DNA from: Eledone cirrhosa
Lineage: Eukaryota
Assembly: GCA_964016885.1 (NCBI GenBank)
Contig: OZ024745.1
Coordinates: forward strand, 71,238,001 to 71,302,000
Reading direction: 5' to 3'
DNA: 64,000 bases
Shown here: positions 51,391 through 62,200 of the stretch, one piece after another
How the letters are laid out: the number at the start of each line of letters is the position of its first letter
Position numbering within the stretch: position 1 is the first letter of the stretch
The notes under the pieces: model-generated
Databases searched by the model: none
What the model saw: only the letters and a program-made list of their open reading frames with translations
Told to the model about the DNA's origin: nothing
Made by a program: the position numbers and the translations under genes

Positions 51391-54300
51391 TACTGTCACC
51401 ACCATTAGCACTACTGTCATCACCATTAACACTACTGTCAACACCATTAACACTGCTGTCACCACCATTAACACTACTGTCATCACCATTAACACTACTG
51501 TCACCACCATTAACACTACTGTCATCACCATTAACACTACTGTCCATCACCATTAACACTACTGTCATCACCATTAACACTACTGTCATCACCATTAACA
51601 CTGCTGTCATCACCATTAACACTACTGTCATCACCATTAACACTACTGTCATCACCATTAACACTACTGTCACCACCATTAACACTACTGTCAACACCAT
51701 TAACACTACTGTCATCACCATTAACACTACTGTCACCACCATTAGCACTACTGTCATCACCATTAACACTGCTGACATCACCATTATCACTACTGTCATC
51801 ACCATTAACACTACTGTCAGCACCATTAGCACTACTGTCATCACCATTAACACTACTGTCATCACCATTAACACTACTGTCATCACCATTAACACTACTG
51901 TCATCACCATTAACACTACTGTCATCACCATTAACACTACTGTCATCACCATTAACACTACTGTCATCACCATTAACACTATTGTCATCACCACTAACAC
52001 TACTGTCATCACCATTAACACTGCTGTCATCACCAATAACACGACGGTCATCACCATTAACACTACTGTCACCACCATTAGCACTACTGTCATCACCATT
52101 AACACTACTGTCTTCACCATTAACACTACTGTCATCACCATTAACACTACTGTCAACACCATTAACACTAATGTCATCACCATTAACACTGCTGTCATCA
52201 CCATTAACACTACTGTCATCACCATTTACACTACTGTCAACACCATTAACACTACTGTCATCACCATTAACACTAATGTCATCACCATTAACACTGCTGT
52301 CATCACCATTAACACTACTGTCATCACCATTTACACTACTGTCAACACCATTAACACTACTGTTTTCACCATTAACACTACTGTCAACACTATTAACACT
52401 AATGTCATCACCATTAACACTGCTGTCATCACCATTAACACTACTGTCATCACCATTTACACTACTGTCAACACCATTAACACTACTGTCTTCACCATTA
52501 ACACTGCTGTCATCACCATTAACACTACTGTCAACACCATTAACACTACTGTCATCACCATTAACACTACTGTCATCACCATTAACACTACTGTCATCAC
52601 CATTAACACTACTGTCAACACCATTAACACTACTGTCATCACCATTAACACTGCTGTCATAACCATTAACACTACTGTCATCACCATTAACACTACTGTC
52701 ATCACCAATAACACTACTGTCAACACCATTAACACTACTGTCATCACAATTAACACTGCTGTCATCACCATTAACACTACTGTCATCACCATTAACACTA
52801 CTGTCATCACCATTAACACTGCTGTCATCACCATTAACACTGCTGTCATCACCATTAACACTACTGTCATCACCATTATCACTACTGTCATCACCATTAA
52901 CACTACTGTCATCACCATTAACACTACTATCAACACCATTATCACTACTGTCGTCACCATAACACTACTGTCATCACCATTAACACTACTGTCATCACCA
53001 TTAACACTACTGTCATCACCATTAACACTACTGTCATCACCATTAACACTACTGTCATCACCATTAACACTACTGTCATCACCTTTAACACTACTGTCCT
53101 CACCATTATCACTACTGTCATCACCATTAACACTACTGTCATCACCATTAACACTACTGTCATCACCATTAACACTACTGTCATCACCATTAACACTACT
53201 GTCATCACCATTAACACTACTGTCATCACCATTAACACTGCTGTCACCACCATTAACACTACTGTCATCACCATTAACACTACTGTCATCACCATTAACA
53301 CTACTGTCATCACCATTAACACTGCTGTCATCACCATTAACACTACTGTCATCACCATTAACACTACTGTCATCACCATTAACACTACTGTCATCACCAT
53401 TAACACTACTGTCATCACCATTAACACTGCTGTCACCACCATTAACACTACTGTCATCACCATTAACACTACTGTCATCACCATTAACACTACTGTCATC
53501 ACCATTAACACTGCTGTCAACACAATTAACACTACTGTCACCACCATTAACACTACTGTCATCACCATTAACACTACTGTCATCACCATTAACACTACTG
53601 TCATCACCATTAACACTGCTGTCATCACCATTAACACTACTGTCATCACCATTAACACTGCTGTCATCACCATTAACACTACTGTCGTCACCATTAACAC
53701 TACTGTCATCACCATTAACACTACTGTCATCACCATTAACACTACTGTCATCACCATTAACACTACTGTCATCACCATTAACACTACTGTCACCACCATT
53801 AACACTACTGTCAACACCATTAACACTACTGTCATCACCATTAACACTACTGTCACCACCATTAGCACTACTGTCATCACCATTAACACTGCTGACATCA
53901 CCATTATCACTACTGTCATCACCATTAACACTACTGTCAGCACCATTAGCACTACTGTCATCACCATTAACACTACTGTCATCACCATTAACACTACTGT
54001 CATCACCATTAACACTACTGTCATCACCATTAACACTACTGTCATCACCATTAACACTACTGTCATCACCATTAACACTACTGTCATCACCATTAACACT
54101 ATTGTCATCACCACTAACACTACTGTCATCACCATTAACACTGCTGTCATCACCAATAACACGACGGTCATCACCATTAACACTACTGTCACCACCATTA
54201 GCACTACTGTCATCACCATTAACACTACTGTCTTCACCATTAACACTACTGTCGTCACCATTAACACTACTGTCAACACCATTAACACTAATGTCATCAC

Positions 54301-54989
54301 CATTAACACTGCTGTCATCACCATTAACACTACTGTCATCACCATTTACACTACTGTCAACACCATTAACACTACTGTCATCACCATTAACACTAATGTC
54401 ATCACCATTAACACTGCTGTCATCACCATTAACACTACTGTCATCACCATTTACACTACTATCAACACCATTAACACTACTGTTTTCACCATTAACACTA
54501 CTGTCAACACCATTAACACTAATGTCATCACCATTAACACTGCTGTCATCACCATTAACACTACTGTCATCACCATTTACACTACTGTCAACACCATTAA
54601 CACTACTGTCTTCACCATTAACACTGCTGTCATCACCATTAACACTACTGTCAACACCATTAACACTACTGTCATCACCATTAACACTACTGTCATCACC
54701 ATTAACACTACTGTCATCACCATTAACACTACTGTCAACACCATTAACACTACTGTCATCACCATTAACACTGCTGTCATAACCATTAACACTACTGTCA
54801 TCACCATTAACACTACTGTCATCACCAATAACACTACTGTCAACACCATTAACACTACTGTCATCACAATTAACACTGCTGTCATCACCATTAACACTAC
54901 TGTCATCACCATTAACACTACTGTCATCACCATTAACACTGCTGTCATCACCATTAACACTGCTGTCATCACCATTAACACTACTGTCA

Positions 54990-56250
54990 TCACCATTATC
55001 ACTACTGTCATCACCATTAACACTACTGTCATCACCATTAACACTACTATCAACACCATTATCACTACTGTCGTCACCATTAACACTACTGTCATCACCA
55101 TTAACACTACTGTCATCACCATTAACACTACTGTCATCACCATTAACACTACTGTCATCACCATTAACACTACTGTCATCACCATTAACACTACTGTCAT
55201 CACCTTTAACACTACTGTCCTCACCATTATCACTACTGTCATCACCATTAACACTACTGTCATCACCATTAACACTACTGTCATCACCATTAACACTACT
55301 GTCATCACCATTAACACTACTGTCATCACCATTAACACTACTGTCATCACCATTAACACTGCTGTCACCACCATTAACACTACTGTCATCACCATTAACA
55401 CTACTGTCATCACCATTAACACTACTGTCATCACCATTAACACTGCTGTCATCACCATTAACACTACTGTCATCACCATTAACACTACTGTCATCACCAT
55501 TAACACTACTGTCATCACCATTAACACTACTGTCATCACCATTAACACTGCTGTCACCACCATTAACACTACTGTCATCACCATTAACACTACTGTCATC
55601 ACCATTAACACTACTGTCATCACCATTATCACTACTGTCATCACCATTAACACTACTGTCATCACCATTAACACTACTATCAACACCATTATCACTACTG
55701 TCGTCACCATTAACACTACTGTCATCACCATTAACACTACTGTCATCACCATTAACACTACTGTCATCACCATTAACACTACTGTCATCACCATTAACAC
55801 TACTGTCATCACCATTAACACTACTGTCATCACCTTTAACACTACTGTCCTCACCATTATCACTACTGTCATCACCATTAACACTACTGTCATCACCATT
55901 AACACTACTGTCATCACCATTAACACTACTGTCATCACCATTAACACTACTGTCATCACCATTAACACTACTGTCATCACCATTAACACTGCTGTCACCA
56001 CCATTAACACTACTGTCATCACCATTAACACTACTGTCATCACCATTAACACTACTGTCATCACCATTAACACTGCTGTCATCACCATTAACACTACTGT
56101 CATCACCATTAACACTACTGTCATCACCATTAACACTACTGTCATCACCATTAACACTACTGTCATCACCATTAACACTGCTGTCACCACCATTAACACT
56201 ACTGTCATCACCATTAACACTACTGTCATCACCATTAACACTACTGTCAT
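54990..56250. repeat. 30-unit (630 bp) tandem duplication
   Basis: Marker actAtcaacaccattatc...gtcgtc at 55049 and 55679, each followed by the same accttt/gtcctc pair. Confidence 0.88.
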
Positions 56251-59200
56251 CACCATTAACACTGCTGTCAACACAATTAACACTACTGTCATCACCATTA
56301 ACACTACTGTCATCACCATTAACACTACTGTCAACACCATTAACACTACTGTCATCACCATTAACACTACTGTCATCACCATTAACACTACTGTCATCAC
56401 CATTAACACTGCTGTCAACACCATTAACACTACTGTCATCACCAATAACACTACTGTCCTCACCATTAACAATACTGTCATCACCATTAACACTGCTGTC
56501 ATCACTATTAACACTACTGTCATCACCATTAACACTACTGTCATCACCTTTAACACTACTGTCATCACCATTAACACTACTGTCATCACCATTAACACTG
56601 CTGTCAACACCATTAACACTACTGTCATCACCATTAACACTACTGTCATCACCATTAACACTACTGTCAACACCATTAACACTACTGTCTTCACCATTAA
56701 CACTGCTGTCAACACCATTAACACTGCTGTCAACACCATTAACACTACTGTCATCATCATTAACACTACTGTCATCACTATTAACACTACTGTCATCACC
56801 ATTAACACTGATGTCAACACCATTAACACTACTGTCATCAGCATTAACACTACTGTCATCACCATTAACACTGCTGTCATCACCATTAACACTACTGTCA
56901 TCACCATTAACAATGCTGTCATCACCATTAACACTACTGTCATCACCATTAACACTACTGTCAACACCATTAACACTGCTGTCATCACCATTAACACTAC
57001 TGTCATCACCATTAACACTACTGTCATCACCATTAACACTACTGTCATCACCATTAACACTGCTGTCATCACCATTAACACTACTGTCATCACCATTAAC
57101 ACTACTGTCAACACCATTAACACTGCTGTCATCACCATTAACACTACTGTCATCACCATTAACACTACTGTCATCACCATTAACACTACTGTCATCACCA
57201 TTAACACTACTGTCATCACCATTAACACTGCTGTCATCACCATTAACACTACTGTCATCACCATTAACACTACTGTCAACACCATTAACACTGCTGTCAT
57301 CACCATTAACACTACTGTCATCACCATTAACACTGCTGTCATCACCATTAACACTACTGTCATCACCATTAACACTGCTGTCATCACCATTAACACTACT
57401 GTCATCACCATTAACACTACTGTCATCACCACTAACACTACTGTCATCACCATTAACACTAGTGTCATCACCATTAACACTACTGTCATCACCATTAACA
57501 CTACTGTCATCACCATTAACACTACTGTCATCACCACTAACACTACTGTCATCACCACTAACACTACTGTCATCACCATTAACACTACTGTCATCACCAT
57601 TAATACTACTGTCATCACCATTAACACTACTGTCATCACCACTAACACTACTGTCATCACCATTAACACTAGTGTCATCACCATTAATACTACTGTCATC
57701 ACCATTAACACTACTGTCATCACCATTAACACTACTGTCATCACCATTAACACTACTGTCATCACCATTAACACTACTGTCATCACCATTAACACTACTG
57801 TCATCACCATTAACACTACTGTCATCACCATTAACACTACTGTCATCACCATTAACACTACTGTCATCACCATTCTCACTACTGTCATCACCATTAAAAC
57901 TACTGACATCACCATTAACACTACTGTCAACACCATTATCACTACTGTCATCACCATTAACACTACTGACATCACCATTAACACTACTGTCATCACCATT
58001 AACACTACTGTCATCACCATTAACACTACTGTCATCACCATTAACACTACTGTCATCACCATTAACACTACTGTCATCACCATTAACACTACTGTCATCA
58101 CCATTAACACTACTGTCAACACCATTAACACTACTGTCATCACCATTAACACTACTGTCACCACCATTAACACTACTGTCAACACCATTAACACTACTGT
58201 CATCACCATTAACACTACTGTCACCACCATTAGCACTACTGTCATCACCATTAACACTACTGTCAACACCATTAACACTACTGTCATCACCATTAACACT
58301 ACTGTCATCACCATTAACACTACTGTCATCACCATTAACACTACTGTCAACACCGTTAACACTACTGTCATCACCATTAACACTACTGTCACCACCATTA
58401 GCACTACTGTCATCACCATTAACACTACTGTCAACACCATTAACACTGCTGTCACCACCATTAACACTACTGTCATCACCATTAACACTACTGTCATCAC
58501 CATTAACACTACTGTCAACACCATTAACACTACTGTCATCACCATTAACACTGCTGTCAACACCATTAACACTGCTGTCATCACCATTAACACTACTGTC
58601 ATCACCATTAACACTACTGACAACACCATTCATACTACTGTCATCACCATTAACACTGCTGTCAACACCATTAACACTGCTGTCATCACCATTAACACTA
58701 CTGTCATCACCATTAACACTGCTGTCAACACCATTAACACTACTGTCATCACCATTAACACTGCTGTCATCACCATTAACACTACTGTCATCACCATTAA
58801 CACTACTGTCATCACCATTAACACTGCTGTCATCACCATTAACACTACTGTCATCACCATTAACACTACTGTCATCACCATTAACACTACTGTCATCACC
58901 ATTAACACTACTGTCATCACCATTAACACTATTGTCATCACCACTAACACTACTGTCATCACCATTAACACTGCTGTCATCACCAATAACACGACGGTCA
59001 TCACCATTAACACTACTGTCACCACCATTAGCACTACTGTCATCACCATTAACACTACTGTCTTCACCATTAACACTACTGTCATCACCATTAACACTAC
59101 TGTCAACACCATTAACACTAATGTCATCACCATTAACACTGCTGTCATCACCATTAACACTACTGTCATCACCATTTACACTACTGTCAACACCATTAAC

Positions 59201-62200
59201 ACTACTGTCATCACCATTAACACTAATGTCATCACCATTAACACTGCTGTCATCACCATTAACACTACTGTCATCACCATTTACACTACTGTCAACACCA
59301 TTAACACTACTGTTTTCACCATTAACACTACTGTCAACACCATTAACACTAATGTCATCACCATTAACACTGCTGTCATCACCATTAACACTACTGTCAT
59401 CACCATTTACACTACTGTCAACACCATTAACACTACTGTCTTCACCATTAACACTGCTGTCATCACCATTAACACTACTGTCAACACCATTAACACTACT
59501 GTCATCACCATTAACACTACTGTCATCACCATTAACACTACTGTCATCACCATTAACACTACTGTCAACACCATTAACACTACTGTCATCACCATTAACA
59601 CTGCTGTCATAACCATTAACACTACTGTCATCACCATTAACACTACTGTCATCACCAATAACACTACTGTCAACACCATTAACACTACTGTCATCACAAT
59701 TAACACTGCTGTCATCACCATTAACACTACTGTCATCACCATTAACACTACTGTCATCACCATTAACACTGCTGTCATCACCATTAACACTGCTGTCATC
59801 ACCATTAACACTACTGTCATCACCATTATCACTACTGTCATCACCATTAACACTACTGTCATCACCATTAACACTACTATCAACACCATTATCACTACTG
59901 TCGTCACCATTAACACTACTGTCATCACCATTAACACTACTGTCATCACCATTAACACTACTGTCATCACCATTAACACTACTGTCATCACCATTAACAC
60001 TACTGTCATCACCATTAACACTACTGTCATCACCTTTAACACTACTGTCCTCACCATTATCACTACTGTCATCACCATTAACACTACTGTCATCACCATT
60101 AACACTACTGTCATCACCATTAACACTACTGTCATCACCATTAACACTACTGTCATCACCATTAACACTACTGTCATCACCATTAACACTGCTGTCACCA
60201 CCATTAACACTACTGTCATCACCATTAACACTACTGTCATCACCATTAACACTACTGTCATCACCATTAACACTGCTGTCATCACCATTAACACTACTGT
60301 CATCACCATTAACACTACTGTCATCACCATTAACACTACTGTCATCACCATTAACACTACTGTCATCACCATTAACACTGCTGTCACCACCATTAACACT
60401 ACTGTCATCACCATTAACACTACTGTCATCACCATTAACACTACTGTCATCACCATTAACACTGCTGTCAACACAATTAACACTACTGTCATCACCATTA
60501 ACACTACTGTCATCACCATTAACACTACTGTCAACACCAATAACACTACTGTCATCACCATTAACACTGCTGTCAACACCATTAACACTGCTGTCATCAC
60601 CATTAACACTGCTGTCATCACCATTAACACTACTGTCATCACCATTAACACTACTGTCAACACCATTAACACTGCTGTCATAACCATTAACACTGCTGTC
60701 AACACCATTAACACTACTCTCATCACCATTAACACTACTGTCAACACCATTAACACTACTGTCATCACCATTATCACTACTGTCATCACCATTAACACTA
60801 CTGTCATCACCATTAACACTACTGTCATCACCATTAACACTGCTGTCATCACCATTAACACTACTGTCATCACCATTAACACTGCTGTCATCACAATTAA
60901 CGCTACTGCCATCACTATTAACAATGCTGTCAACACCATTAACACTACTGTCATCACCATAAACACTACTGTCAACACTATTAACACTACTGTCATCACC
61001 ATTATCACTACTGTCATCACCATTAACACTACTGTCAACACCATTAACACTACTGTCATCACCATTAACACTGCTGTCAACACCATTAACACTGCTGTCA
61101 TCACCATTAACACTACTGTCATCACCATTAACACTACTGACAACACCATTAATACTACTGTCATCACCATTAACACTGCTGTCAACACCATTAACACTGC
61201 TGTCATCACCATTAACACTACTGTCATCACCATTAACACTGCTGTCAACACCATTAACACTACTGTCATCACCATTAACACTGCTGTCATCACCATTAAC
61301 ACTACTGTCATCACCATTAACACTACTGTCATCACCATTAACACTGCTGTCATCACCATTAACACTGCTGTCATCACCATTAACACTGCTGGCATCACCA
61401 TTAACACTACTGCCATCACCATTAACACTGCTGTCATCACCATTAACACTGCTGCCATCACCATTAACACTACTGTCATCATCAATAACACTGCTGTCAT
61501 CAACATCAACACTACTGTCATCACCATTAACACTGCTGTCATCACCATTAACACTGCTGTCATCACCATTAACACTGCTGTCAACACCATTAACACTACT
61601 GTCATCACCAATAACACTGCTGTCATCACCATTAACACTACTGTCAACACCAGTAACACTGCTGTCATCACCATTAACACTACTGTCAACACCATTAACA
61701 CTACTGTCATCACCATTAACGCTGCTGTCATCACCATTAACACTACTGTCATCACCATTAACACTTCTGTCATCACCATTAACACTACTGTCATCACCAT
61801 TAACACTACTGTCAACAGCATTAACACTACTGTCATCACCATTAACACTGCTGTCATCACCATTAACACTAATGTCATCACCATTAACACTGCTGTCATC
61901 ACCATTAACACTACTGTCATCACCATTAACACTAATGTCATCACCATTAACACTACTGTCATCACCATTAACACTACTGTCAACACCATTAACACTACTG
62001 TCATTACCATTAACACTGCTGTCATCACCATTAACACTACTGTCATCACCATTAACACTACTGTCATCACCATTTACACTACTGTCATCACCATTATCAC
62101 TACTGTCATCACCATTAACACTACTGTCATCACCATTAACACTACTGTCATCACCATTAACACTACTGTCATCACCACTAACAGTACTGTCATCACCATT

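Noticed and set aside
631-58633. Giant CDS calls (8132, 6432, 4525, 4036 aa etc.) as dentin sialophosphoprotein-, Sdr- or mucin-like genes
   Set aside because: Four overlapping frames are open simply because the unit is 7 codons long. There are no unique domains, most variant types are non-synonymous in NGDDSSV, and a frameshift has been amplified four times.
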